Shown in pieces: positions 54,250 through 63,392 of a DNA stretch of 64,000 bases. The notes beneath the pieces are model-generated. The model saw only the letters and a program-made list of their open reading frames with translations, was not told the DNA's origin and made no database searches. Within the stretch, counting starts at the first letter, position 1. Every line of letters begins with the position of its first letter. The stretch spans positions 8,654 through 72,653 of the forward strand of contig CAVTQK010000014.1 in assembly GCA_963736855.1 (NCBI GenBank), read 5' to 3'. This DNA is from an uncultured delta proteobacterium. Lineage in GTDB: Bacteria > Desulfobacterota > Desulfobacteria > Desulfobacterales > UBA2156. A program made the translations under genes and the position numbers.

Positions 54250-54319
54250 AGCGAACGTCAAGCTCACCTGGACCGAGGGCCGCAAGGCCCTTGGGATCAG
54301 GTGAAGCGACAGGTTCAGA
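54250..54319 (-). other. attC site
   Basis: AGCGAAC..GCTCACCTG..CAGGTGAAGC..GTTCAGA (plus strand); overlaps the corA stop. Confidence 0.75.
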
Positions 54320-55250
54320 ACCATCTGTTTCTTATAAATATCAGGACGCTGAGTAACGACAGAGTGAAAGAAATTCCTGTAACAATAAAGAAAGCATGGG
54401 GAGAGTGCTCAAACGGTAAATCGATATTCATCCCGTAAATGCTTGCAGTCAGCGTGGGAATCATCAGAATTATTGTTATTGATGTCAGAATTTTCAAGAC
54501 AACATTCAGATTATTTGAGATAACCGATGCGAACGCGTCCATCATTCCGCTTAAAATGTTACTGTATATGTTAGCCATTTCGATTGCCTGTTTGTTGTCA
54601 ATCAGCACATCTTCCAGCTTATCTTTGTCATCGGAGGTCAGTTTCAGCAGTTCCATTTTCAGCAGCCGTTCCATCATAAGTTCATTGGATTTCAGAGATG
54701 TTGTAAAAAAAACGAGACTCTTTTCTATATTCAGAAGTTTTATAAGCTCCTCGTTTTTTAACGACTTCTGCAATTCTCTTTCAATTTCTCCGGTACGTCT
54801 GTTTATTTCTTTCAGATGTTTTAGATAAAGCAGTGATGTTTTCAAAAATATTTGAAGGACAACACTGCTTCTTTTTCCGGTAATAATGCCTTTTGTTCTA
54901 CTGTTGCATAAATCCAGAATGTCCGTAATATCAGAAGAACTTATTGTAACAATTGTATCTTCTTTTGTGAGTATAATTCCCGCAGGGATTGTTGTGAAAG
55001 GGATTTCCGGATTGATTTCATCATATTTCGGTATTCTTAACACAATAAGCAGAACGCCGTCTTCGGTTTCGATTCTTGCCCTTTCATCAACATCCAGCGG
55101 GTCTGTCAGAAAATCGGTAGGGATAAACATTTCGCCTGACAACTTTACCAACTCACTTTTTTCCGGACTGATTACATTAATCAGGCAGTGTCTTTCAATT
55201 TTATCAGCCGGAACAAATCTGTTTTCTGACCATCTTAATATTTTTATCAT
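54315..55250 (-). CDS. corA: CorA-family Mg2+ transporter (gene cassette)
   Basis: DPLDVDERARIE, SNNLN, YGMN, two C-terminal TM helices. Confidence 0.92.
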   Translation of the reverse strand: MIKILRWSENRFVPADKIERHCLINVISPEKSELVKLSGEMFIPTDFLTDPLDVDERARIETEDGVLLIVLRIPKYDEINPEIPFTTIPAGIILTKEDTIVTISSSDITDILDLCNSRTKGIITGKRSSVVLQIFLKTSLLYLKHLKEINRRTGEIERELQKSLKNEELIKLLNIEKSLVFFTTSLKSNELMMERLLKMELLKLTSDDKDKLEDVLIDNKQAIEMANIYSNILSGMMDAFASVISNNLNVVLKILTSITIILMIPTLTASIYGMNIDLPFEHSPHAFFIVTGISFTLSLLSVLIFIRNRWF

Positions 55251-55285
55251 GATATTATTACCTCTCAGAATACTACTGCATAGCG

Positions 55286-55351
55286 GCATAACATGATGCT
55301 CACCGGCGTGGCGCGCCGTTTTGCCACGTCCGGTGCAGCTACTTTTTCTAC
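55286..55351 (-). other. attC site with a mutated R'' box
   Basis: GCATAAC..GCTCACCGG..CCGGTGCAGC..(T)TTCTAC. Confidence 0.65.
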
Positions 55352-55566
55352 CTTTCCCTTCCTTCTCTGATAATATCCACTATTTCTTTTGTCGTAATTT
55401 TCGCTTTAATAGTAGGTACATCGAGCGGAGAAGAAAGATTTCTTTCCGGAACTAATGCAAATGTTCGGCCGTCTTTTCTTCGAATCAATACCTTTCCTGT
55501 ATTTTCAGCCTGTTCAAGCACCAAGGCAAGTTTTTGTCTAGCTTCTGAATATGTATAAACTTGCAT
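55348..55566 (-). CDS. Phd/YefM-like antitoxin (TA cassette)
   Basis: YTYSEARQKLA..VLIRRKDG. Confidence 0.85.
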   Translation of the reverse strand: MQVYTYSEARQKLALVLEQAENTGKVLIRRKDGRTFALVPERNLSSPLDVPTIKAKITTKEIVDIIREGRER

Positions 55567-55567
55567 T

Positions 55568-55960
55568 TTATACCTCCAATGTTTCGACTTTTAGATTTTG
55601 GGCCGCTGCCTTTAACTTCTTATCTAACGTCAATAAAGGCGATTTATATCGAATAGCACAATCCAAAAAATATGCATCGTAGGCATACATGTTTACAGCC
55701 TTAGACAGGCGTAAGACATTAGAAAAGTCAAGTTCGACATACCGAAGGGGGATGTTAGCAAATATTGATAGGCCTTTTTCGGCTTCATCAAGTGATAACC
55801 TGTTTTGCTTAAACATGGCCGAGAAAGCATTGCCAATTTCCCATGGAATGGAACCAGGCCCTATTAATGTATTCCCGGTGGTTAACTCAATAATTTTAAT
55901 TCGTTCAGGTTTACCAACGATAACTGCAATTAAGGCAGATGTGTCAATTACGATATCCAT
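55568..55960 (-). CDS. vapC: PIN-domain toxin (toxin-first TA cassette)
   Basis: VIDTSA, WEIGNA, YDAYFL, LLTLD. Confidence 0.88.
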   Translation of the reverse strand: MDIVIDTSALIAVIVGKPERIKIIELTTGNTLIGPGSIPWEIGNAFSAMFKQNRLSLDEAEKGLSIFANIPLRYVELDFSNVLRLSKAVNMYAYDAYFLDCAIRYKSPLLTLDKKLKAAAQNLKVETLEV

Positions 55961-56027
55961 ATCAATCTCCAAAACGCTATTTTCAGACAATTGTACAATG
56001 GATGGCGGATTTGTCAAGAATAATGTG

Positions 56028-56150
56028 GTAGAACGCTCATCCTCACAGGTGAGCAGGGATTTTGGCCTTCTTCAAATGCACATTAACACCAAATTATGTA
56101 TGAGCTTTAGCGGCCCGCCCCTGCGAATCCTGTGCAGGGTGTTGTTATGT
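56028..56150 (-). other. attC site (long, 123 bp)
   Basis: GTAGAAC..CCTCACAGG..GCAGGG..CCCTGC..CCTGTGCAGG..GTTATGT. Confidence 0.7.
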
Positions 56151-56212
56151 GCTGCAACATTAAGACCCCAATATTAAAAGCAATAATTTTACAATACATT
56201 TTTTATAAGCGC

Positions 56213-56416
56213 CTACCTTTTAACAACAAATGGTAAAGCCACAAAAATGATACCGGCAATAACAAGAAAAAAGACATTCGAAATAAAATACGGGAACAAC
56301 ATTAGCCCTATTCCGCTAATAAATGGAATGATGGCTTTTTGCTTTTTCCCATAAACAAAAAATCCAAGTCCTATAGAACCAAAAATCACTCCCCAAATTA
56401 ATGTTGAAGTATTCAT
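56213..56416 (-). CDS. Small membrane protein (gene cassette)
   Basis: 67 aa, hydrophobic, FGSIGLGFFVYGKKQ..FPYF. Confidence 0.75.
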   Translation of the reverse strand: MNTSTLIWGVIFGSIGLGFFVYGKKQKAIIPFISGIGLMLFPYFISNVFFLVIAGIIFVALPFVVKR

Positions 56417-56430
56417 TAATATATTTCTTC

Positions 56431-56491
56431 ACATAAGGCCTGCGTCACGGGCGGCATGCACCTTGCCTTCCCGTGGATGCGGAGGTTATTT
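56431..56491 (-). other. attC site with a mutated R' box (AAC changed to AAG)
   Basis: ACATAAG..GCGTCACGGG..CCCGTGGATGC..GTTATTT. Confidence 0.7.
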
Positions 56492-56983
56492 TCAATCCAA
56501 TATTTTCTTGAAAAGCACCATGGGATTTTCCTTTCCAAGATAATCTAATGTGACAGGCACATCATCAATTATTCCGTTTCCTGCCTCGATCTCAAAGCCC
56601 ATCTTTCTATGAAAATTTATTGATAGCTTATTAACTGGAGAGGTGCAGGACTTTACAATTGATCTGTCATTTGCCTTGCAAGCCGCATAAAATTTTTCAA
56701 ATAGTCGGCGCCCAATACCAAATTTTCTAAATTGAGGATGTACACCAGCAAAATGGATATATCCGACTCTTTCCTCGGATTGGGACATAAAGCCAACCAA
56801 AAAGCCGATCAACTCATCTACGATTTCAGCAATAAATGTACTTTGATTGAAATGGATGAAAAAGACCTTTAGGACCGAGGATGATAAATCACGTCCACCC
56901 CACCACTCAGGCATTACAGAAACAATTTTTTCGTGATCAGAAGGCTTTCCATTTCTGATTTTAAGATGCTCAAGTTCGCTCAT
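56492..56983 (-). CDS. GNAT-family acetyltransferase (gene cassette)
   Basis: YIHFAGVHPQFRKFGIG, N..S..FH..MGF. Confidence 0.9.
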   Translation of the reverse strand: MSELEHLKIRNGKPSDHEKIVSVMPEWWGGRDLSSSVLKVFFIHFNQSTFIAEIVDELIGFLVGFMSQSEERVGYIHFAGVHPQFRKFGIGRRLFEKFYAACKANDRSIVKSCTSPVNKLSINFHRKMGFEIEAGNGIIDDVPVTLDYLGKENPMVLFKKILD

Positions 56984-57007
56984 AAGCTCTCCGGACCTTC
57001 CAGTAGA

Positions 57008-57093
57008 AGATAACATAGAATTGAGGGGCGCGCGAAAAACTCTTCCGGAAATGCCGCATTTTTCTTCGCGTCCCCTCGAATGACTGGTTCGCT
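57008..57093 (-). other. attC site
   Basis: AGATAAC..TTGAGGGG-CGCG..CGCG-CCCCTCGAA..GTTCGCT. Confidence 0.8.
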
Positions 57094-57105
57094 CGCGACT
57101 CGCAA

Positions 57106-57996
57106 CTAGGGCTCCGCAGGAGCCACGGGTTCCTTCACCGGTGTCTCTTCATCTGGTCGGGCGGCGGCGGTCTCTTCGACAGTTTTCGGGTCGCGCCTGC
57201 CCGCCAATACCGTTGCTGGCATCGCGCGAACAACCGCATTGCCAAACTCCGTCCAGACAAGAGTGACAGCGCACTTCTCCTCTGCGGGAAAGGCGTACAC
57301 TCGCAACATGCCCATACGCTGAAGATCAGATACAGCTTCGGTCAGATCCGACGTAACCCCGCTCAAGTCATCCTCAGGCTTCTTTGAGAAGACATTGAAG
57401 GGGTAAGGCCACCAACTGCGAATCAGCTTAACATCCCTTAGCGACATCGCCTGGATTGCCCTCGAGACCTGGAGGGCCTTTGTCTGGTCGACAACCTTGA
57501 GCGCATCGCGTATCAGAGCCCCAATGGTCTTGCGGGAGGATGCTGTGTCGCCTGCCGGGTAACGATGGATGCGCACGCCGCTCACGTCGAATAGCAGCTG
57601 GTGCTCATGGTCATCCCGGATGACGACAACCTCTTCGGCTTGGCGCATTGCGTGTGCAAGGCCCAACTCGTACATGACGTTTCCGTTTGGGTATCGGGGT
57701 TTCCTATGATTGCGCTTGAGCAGATCACCCAGTCCGAGACATGGCGGGCAACTGACCGCACTCACATCCACAAGCACTAGGCGCGCATGCGCGATTCCAT
57801 CGAGGATGTCGACCAAGATGCTATCCGAGGTTACCCGCGTGTCCACGCGAGTCGCAGAGAGGCCGCAGTCTCGTGCCGCAGGTTGGATCGCGCCATCCCA
57901 CACGGCGTCGAAGCGCTTGGCAAATGGCATTGCCACGAAAACCTCGTCGCGAATGGCTGGCTTCCAATAGTCGATGAAGAAATCGCGCGGAAACAT
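57106..57996 (-). CDS. Nucleoside-deoxyribosyltransferase/TIR-like domain protein (gene cassette)
   Basis: VFVAMPF, RVD, I..A..VLVDVS, NGNVMYELGLAHA, LLFDV. Confidence 0.7.
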   Translation of the reverse strand: MFPRDFFIDYWKPAIRDEVFVAMPFAKRFDAVWDGAIQPAARDCGLSATRVDTRVTSDSILVDILDGIAHARLVLVDVSAVSCPPCLGLGDLLKRNHRKPRYPNGNVMYELGLAHAMRQAEEVVVIRDDHEHQLLFDVSGVRIHRYPAGDTASSRKTIGALIRDALKVVDQTKALQVSRAIQAMSLRDVKLIRSWWPYPFNVFSKKPEDDLSGVTSDLTEAVSDLQRMGMLRVYAFPAEEKCAVTLVWTEFGNAVVRAMPATVLAGRRDPKTVEETAAARPDEETPVKEPVAPAEP

Positions 57997-58032
57997 TTAC
58001 ATAGACCTTCCTCTCTACGCTCCACGTAGCCG

Positions 58033-58103
58033 AGCGAACGTTACGGGTGAGCGGATTTTTTGCTCGCCCCGGGCAAAAAATACGCTCCACCCGCTGGTTG
58101 GGC
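58033..58103 (-). other. attC site
   Basis: AGCGAAC..GGGTGAGCG..CGCTCCACCC..GTTGGGC. Confidence 0.85.
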
Positions 58104-58107
58104 TTGT

Positions 58108-58566
58108 TCATCTCTGCCGTTCATTCGTTTCCTTATTAGATGTCTGCCGCAATTGCTGATAGACACCGAGTCGGTCAGTGATCTGCCAATGTCCTGCGAG
58201 GCGATCGCCGTCGAAGTAGTAGACGGTGGCACCTGACATCTTGATCTTCTTTCCTGTGGCGGGAAATCCCGGGATATCGCCCTTGTGCGTGGCTGACCAA
58301 AGCCAAGTCATCACGACAGCGTTGCCGTCGGCAAAGAGTCCTTGTATGTCGAAAAGTTGATCTGGAAACGCTGCGCGAAGCATTGTGACGCGCTCCTTGT
58401 AGCCAGCGAGGTCGAGTTCGCGACCGTCCCACGGATCGCCAGGATCGTGATGAATCGTGTATCTGGGCGCTATGTACTTGTCCGAGGCCTCAACGTTACC
58501 CTCGCTCCACACCTCGCGGGTGAACTGGGTCAGGATCTTCTTCTTGGCTTCGCTAGTGATTGACAT
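58108..58566 (-). CDS. SnoaL-like ester cyclase (first cassette)
   Basis: AAFPD, ATHKG..GFPATGKKI, F.GDRLAGHW. Confidence 0.88.
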   Translation of the reverse strand: MSITSEAKKKILTQFTREVWSEGNVEASDKYIAPRYTIHHDPGDPWDGRELDLAGYKERVTMLRAAFPDQLFDIQGLFADGNAVVMTWLWSATHKGDIPGFPATGKKIKMSGATVYYFDGDRLAGHWQITDRLGVYQQLRQTSNKETNERQR

Positions 58567-58582
58567 CCGTTTGTTCCTTGAA

Positions 58583-58633
58583 GCCCAACCATTGATTATC
58601 AGGTCGATTTGCCCTGATAATTGAATTATCGGG
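58583..58633 (-). promoter_or_regulatory. attI-like array start with an adjacent inverted repeat
   Basis: GCCCAAC crossover box matching the first cassette's R''; ATTATCAGG-N9-CCTGATAAT, and a third copy ATTATCGGG. Confidence 0.55.
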
Positions 58634-58910
58634 AGAATTTTCCTTTATTTGTGATTATAGAAGAAACACCTTATACTGTCAAAACCTTCATCGTTTCAGG
58701 AATATTTTAGTATAGCATAGAATAGCACACCCCAACAATCACCATCCATTCCCTATTCCTCATAAACTCAATTATAAAAATTCTCCATCCTGGTCGCCTT
58801 TAAATTTCTCCTCCCCCGCGTGTAATCGCCACCCCTATCTTTGAGTCGGCTCATTCTTTTCCTTCACATTTTTATACCCCCCCCACCGTCAGAAAGGAGG
58901 TGAATCCTCC

Positions 58911-59130
58911 ATGGCTTATACCCCAGAACTTTCTTATCAGTCCTCTTGCACCCTGCGCCGAATCTCGTGGGCATTGGGATGTACCCATGACCAAAGGAAT
59001 CGAGTATGTTTTCGAGCACCTTCCCAAAGTTCTCGATTCTCAAAAGGTTTGTCGGGCATGCAAAGACCCGTCCAAATGCTCAACCTGCGCTTTTAATTAT
59101 CCACAGAAAGGAGGCAATCCCACCGATTAA
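58911..59130 (+). CDS. Small Cys-rich hypothetical protein (one apparent frameshift)
   Basis: AGGAGG RBS; MAYTPELS..RRISWALG continues in another frame as PMTK..CRACKDPSKCSTC. Confidence 0.55.
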
Positions 59131-59160
59131 GTCCGTTTAACCCAAACTTCATTCACCCCA

Positions 59161-59198
59161 GGCAAGAGCCCGTCGGTTTATCCGATCGGGCTTTTGTC
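59161..59198. terminator. Intergenic hairpin
   Basis: GGCAAGAGCCCG..CGGGCTTTTGTC. Confidence 0.55.
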
Positions 59199-59235
59199 GT
59201 TTTTAAACCCTATTCAATCCAAAAGGAGGAACACC

Positions 59236-59872
59236 ATGAACCGAGAACTTCTGGAAAAACCTTTCGACCCTTCTCAAATCAAACAGAGGGATGGGAACTT
59301 CGGCAAGAGACTGGATTACATCGAAGGCCATGCCGTGATTCAGCGATTGAATGAGGCCCTGGATGCCCAATGGTCCTTTGCCATCCTGGAACATCACATT
59401 CTCAAAGAGACCGATGAGGTTATGGTCCTGGGCCAGTTGAAAACAGGAGAGGTCGTCAAATCTCAATTCGGCTCCAGCCGAATCACCCGCGCCAAAGAGA
59501 CAGGAGAGCCTATTTCATTAGCCGATGATTACAAGGCAGCGGCAACGGATTCTCTGAAGAAGTGTGCCACGATGCTTGGCGTTGGGTTGCATCTTTACGG
59601 CAACGATAAGGGCAAGCCCTCGGTCCCCCAATTCCAACACTCCCAGAGAAAGCCCCAAACCCCCTGAACCCCAAAAAGGCAACGGAGGAAACGGCGGCAA
59701 CGGAAACAATCGCCTTTCTTCCGCTCAATACAAGTACATCCTTCGACTTGGAGATGAGGCAGGAAACACCCGCCAGGATTTGGACCGCATGTGCTTAAAG
59801 ATGTTCGGAGTCGTTACCCAGCATCTTTCCAAATCCGATGCCCATGCCATGATTCAACACCTGCTCAATTAG
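59236..59872 (+). CDS. Rad52/Rad22 (Sak)-family single-strand annealing protein (frameshift near 59640)
   Basis: LDYIEGHAVIQRLNE, KAAATDSLKKCATMLGVGLHLY; C-terminal SSAQYKYI..LSKSDA helical domain. Confidence 0.85.
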
Positions 59873-59956
59873 CCCACCAGTCCCTTAATCCCTTTTCCAT
59901 ATGTGGAATTTCTTACCGCGCCACAGGTGCGCCCAAAATCAGCAAGGAGGTGAACC

Positions 59957-60788
59957 ATGAACCGTCCATCGACGTTACAGGCATTCAGCCAAGACCTTTG
60001 TATCAGTTACAGCCAGATTTCAACGTACCTGAACTGTCCGCTTCGCTATCGGTTCCAGTATGTGGAAAACCGACCCAAGGAGCGCATCAGCATTTCGTTA
60101 CCCTTCGGAGCCGCAATTCACATGGCGATTGCCCTCTATTATCGGACCCTGAAAAAGCAGGGAACGTTGGAGCCCCTGGAGTCCCTTTGTCAACGCTTCG
60201 AGGATTGTCTTGGAAGTGGACCTGGAATCCAAAGACATTCCCATCATCTACAAGAAGGATATGCCCAATCGGCATAAAGCCCTTCAAATGGGAAAGAACC
60301 TGCTCAAGTGCTTTTACGAGACCGTTGACCTGAAGGGTTATGAGATTCTGGGTGTGGAACTCCCGCTTTCCGCAACCCTTTACACGGAAGACGGGAAGGC
60401 CACGGATTTTAAACTCATTGGCATTCTGGACCTTGTCATTCGGGATGAAAAGGGAGAGGTCCTTGTTGTAGACAGCAAAACGGCTTCCAAGTCTATCGCT
60501 CAAACAACGGCAGACGATGACCTGCAGATGAGCGCCTATGGGTATCTTCTGGCTTCAAACAAGTTCGTGTTTCCCACCGCCTCGGTAACATGCCAGTTTC
60601 AGGTGCTCCGTAAACTGGTCGAACCCAAATTGGAATATGTCGAAACAACCCGCACGGCAGCCCATCGGAAACGCTTTACCAAAATCGCCAATTCCGTTTT
60701 AGCGGCCATCGATTCTCAAATCTATTTTCCGCATGCTTCCTGGATGTGCGCCGATTGTCCGTATTCCGAGGCATGTAAATCCTGGTAA
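59957..60788 (+). CDS. PD-(D/E)XK RecB/Cas4-like exonuclease (frameshift near 60210)
   Basis: SYSQI..CP, FGAAIH, GILDL, VDSKT, LQMSAY, C..CPY...C. Confidence 0.85.
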
Positions 60789-60821
60789 CACCCAAAAACA
60801 ATCTGACTTAAGGAGAAGATC

Positions 60822-61756
60822 ATGAAAAAGACAGCGTTGCTCGAAGAAGTCATCCACACCGTTCACGAACACTCCGTAAACCATTATGATGATACCGTTC
60901 CGATCCACGATATGCGGTTTGAGTCCCTGGAACGAATGGACATCTCTGGTCAATCGTTCGGAGTCCTCCCCAGCGCCCAGAAATTATTCGCCAATCGGTT
61001 GCGGGTCCCGCATTCGTATCTGATGCGGTGTCCTGCAGAACTCCAGAAAGACAATCTCCAGTACTGGTTAGACCGTGAAGCGAGAACCGAGACACGCTCT
61101 TTTGTCGGTTCGATGGCGATTCTTTGAGAGCCGTGTTTACCGAGCGTTATACCGTCCTGGACCACATGGAGGTGCTGACCAAGATGCTGGAATACGGCTT
61201 CGATTCTGCCGCAGAGGTTCATTTTTCCCTGGATCAGGAAATCATGGTGCTCAAGGTCCCTGAATATGGACGGACATTTGATCTGTCGGAAAAGGACAGG
61301 ATTGTTCCAGGAATCAGCATCGCCAATTCCGAGGTGGGTGTTCTGGCTCTGTCCATCGAGGCATTTTTTTATCGGCTTGTATGCACCAATGGGCTTATCG
61401 CCAAAACAGCGACGGATGCCCGTTACAAGCACATCTCCCGCAAGGTCATGGATGAGTTTCCCATGATTCTGGAAGGGGTCATTCGCCAGTCCAGCAGAGG
61501 ACACGAACGGTTCCGCATCTCCTTGCAATCGCCCGTGGATAATCCCGAAAGAAGCATCGAGGCGTTCGCAAGGCAGTTTATGATTCCCCAGGAGCAAGCC
61601 CAAATCATTCAGCAGGCGTTTTATCAGGAGCCAGGGGCAACCATGTTTCACATCATCCAGGCATTCACAAGGGCAGCCCAGGACAGAAGTTTGTCTGCTT
61701 CGGATTCCTATCGCTTGGAAAGGGCGGGAGGTGCCATTCTCGGAATGGTGAAATAA
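60822..61756 (+). CDS. DUF932-family protein (frameshift near 61100)
   Basis: RAVFTERY, GISIANSEVG, RLVCTNG. Confidence 0.8.
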
Positions 61757-61775
61757 CCAGTAACATCACAAAAAG

Positions 61776-61795
61776 AAGCCCTCATGGTCCATTTA
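61776..61795 (+). repeat. 20-bp direct repeat, copy 1
   Basis: AAGCCCTCATGGTCCATTTA identical to 62756-62775. Confidence 0.8.
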
Positions 61796-61920
61796 TCTGA
61801 AGTATTGGTCATGTAAATCCTGGTAAGCCTTTCTCACCCTTTATTTCTTAAAAACCCAAAATCATCATCCAGATCGTCCAGATCGCTTTTATGGGCGGTC
61901 TGGGCGATAAAGGAGGACTT

Positions 61921-62736
61921 ATGAATACAACTGTCAAACAAGCCCTGAATGTCGTTTTGGAGAAGTTTAAAACAGGAGACATTCCCGAAGCCGTTGCTTA
62001 TTCCATATTTCCCATTCCTGATATTCCAAGTGCCAGATGGTCTCTGATGAACCGTACCATCATGTTTTTATTCGGGACCCAGGATGCCAGGGGTTATCGC
62101 CAGTGGCAGCAGGTCAATCGTCATGTGAAAAAGGGAGCCAAAGCACTCCATATATTAGTCCCCTTTATCAAGAAAACAGAGAGCCAGGGGGAGGAAGTGC
62201 AAGTTCTTCTCGGATTCGGTTCAAAGCCCGTCTTTAAAGTTCAAGACACGGACGGAGAGCCCCTGGATTACCAGAACATCCAAGTCCCTTCATTTCCGTT
62301 GATTGAAAAAGCAAAAGAATGGGGGATTTCGGTTAAGGCAGTTTCAGGCGGTTCTGCCTATTACGGATTCTATGATCCCAATCGTCAGGAAATCGTTTTA
62401 GCCACCCAGGAAGAATGTGTGTTTTTCCATGAACTGGCTCATGTAGGTCATGAAAGGGTCATGGGCAGGTTGAAAAATGGTCAGGATCCTTTTCAGGAAA
62501 TTGTGGCAGAACTGGTGAGCCTGATCCTTTGCCGCCTGGTGGGGAAAAGCGGTGAAAGACATCTTGGGAACAATTATCGGTACATCGAGCGCTATAGCGA
62601 AAAATTCAAACTGACCCCGCATCAAGCATGCATGAGAGTCCTTGGAGATGTGGAAAAGGTTCTGGATTTAATCCTATCGGTCGAAAGCCACGAACAAGAA
62701 GCAGAAGAAGAAACCGTCAAACCCGTAACCACATAA
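61921..62736 (+). CDS. ardC: ArdC-like antirestriction protein (ssDNA-binding domain plus HExxH metallopeptidase)
   Basis: WSLMN, GYRQWQ..RHVKKG.KA..ILVP, PVF..DTDG, FFHELAH, EIVAE. Confidence 0.8.
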   Translation: MNTTVKQALNVVLEKFKTGDIPEAVAYSIFPIPDIPSARWSLMNRTIMFLFGTQDARGYRQWQQVNRHVKKGAKALHILVPFIKKTESQGEEVQVLLGFGSKPVFKVQDTDGEPLDYQNIQVPSFPLIEKAKEWGISVKAVSGGSAYYGFYDPNRQEIVLATQEECVFFHELAHVGHERVMGRLKNGQDPFQEIVAELVSLILCRLVGKSGERHLGNNYRYIERYSEKFKLTPHQACMRVLGDVEKVLDLILSVESHEQEAEEETVKPVTT

Positions 62737-62751
62737 AACAATAACCACAGA

Positions 62752-62796
62752 CAAAAAGCCCTCATGGTCCATTTAAAGGACTGTGGGGGCTTTTTG
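62752..62796 (+). terminator. Hairpin containing repeat copy 2
   Basis: CAAAAAGCCCTCATGGTCC..GGACTGTGGGGGCTTTTTG. Confidence 0.65.
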
Positions 62797-62818
62797 CGTT
62801 TATGGGAGGAAAGAAGCC

Positions 62819-63010
62819 ATGACCAAAGAAAAAGAAGTCCTGTACGAGGATTCAGAGCGGCTTAAAGAGATTCTGATCAAGGTTCTGAAAGGGAAGAAAT
62901 ATCGCCTGGATTGTGGGCATCATTGCACTTTTGCCCACCATTTTGGAAACGATATCACTATCTACAACGGAAAAGATTTGAAGATTGTGTGTAGCCAGTG
63001 TGGCTATTGA
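62819..63010 (+). CDS. Small putative zinc-binding protein
   Basis: GGAGG RBS; LDCGHH and CSQCGY. Confidence 0.65.
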   Translation: MTKEKEVLYEDSERLKEILIKVLKGKKYRLDCGHHCTFAHHFGNDITIYNGKDLKIVCSQCGY

Positions 63011-63133
63011 AACAGGGGCTCTAAAAAAAGGCATGTTAGACCTGATGCCATTCTCACTATTAAAAATATCGTCAAGGTCGTCCGAATCTTCGTTGGGCGG
63101 CATAGGACGGTCTAGACGATGGAAGGAGTCTAC

Positions 63134-63191
63134 GTACAACGCTGAGATCAGCCGCCGAGTTTACGAGGTCGGCTGGATCTACTTGTTCGCC
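63134..63191 (-). other. attC site of the second array
   Basis: GTACAAC..GATCAGCCG..CGGCTGGATC..GTTCGCC; R'' matches the cassette start GGCGAAC at 63678-63684. Confidence 0.85.
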
Positions 63192-63381
63192 CTGTAATTA
63201 TTTTTTTTAACTCTGAAATTCCGATTGTTGGAGCATCCCTCTCTTCTATCTTAGCTTCTCTAAGGCATCGAAGGTCTTCATATGAAGCAAGCGCTTCCTG
63301 TATTTTTTGAAATTCGTCATAAGGTAAAACAACAAATTCTTTTTTCCCATTTTTCTTTATTATTTGGGCAGTTAATTCCAT
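63148..63381 (-). CDS. Phd-like antitoxin (TA cassette)
   Basis: IIKKNGKKEFVVLPYDEF..ED; reads into attC. Confidence 0.8.
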   Translation of the reverse strand: MELTAQIIKKNGKKEFVVLPYDEFQKIQEALASYEDLRCLREAKIEERDAPTIGISELKKIITGRTSRSSRPRKLGG

Positions 63382-63392
63382 AAAGCCTCCTT

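Noticed and set aside
53155..58103. CRISPR array or REP cluster
   Set aside because: The palindromes differ in sequence, are separated by whole genes and have attC R/L box architecture
58634..58910. intI gene or remnant beside the array start
   Set aside because: No ORF or tyrosine-recombinase motif recognisable in this AT-rich spacer
59957..60788. Cas4 / CRISPR-Cas locus
   Set aside because: No repeat-spacer array or other cas genes; context fits a mobile-element RecB-like nuclease
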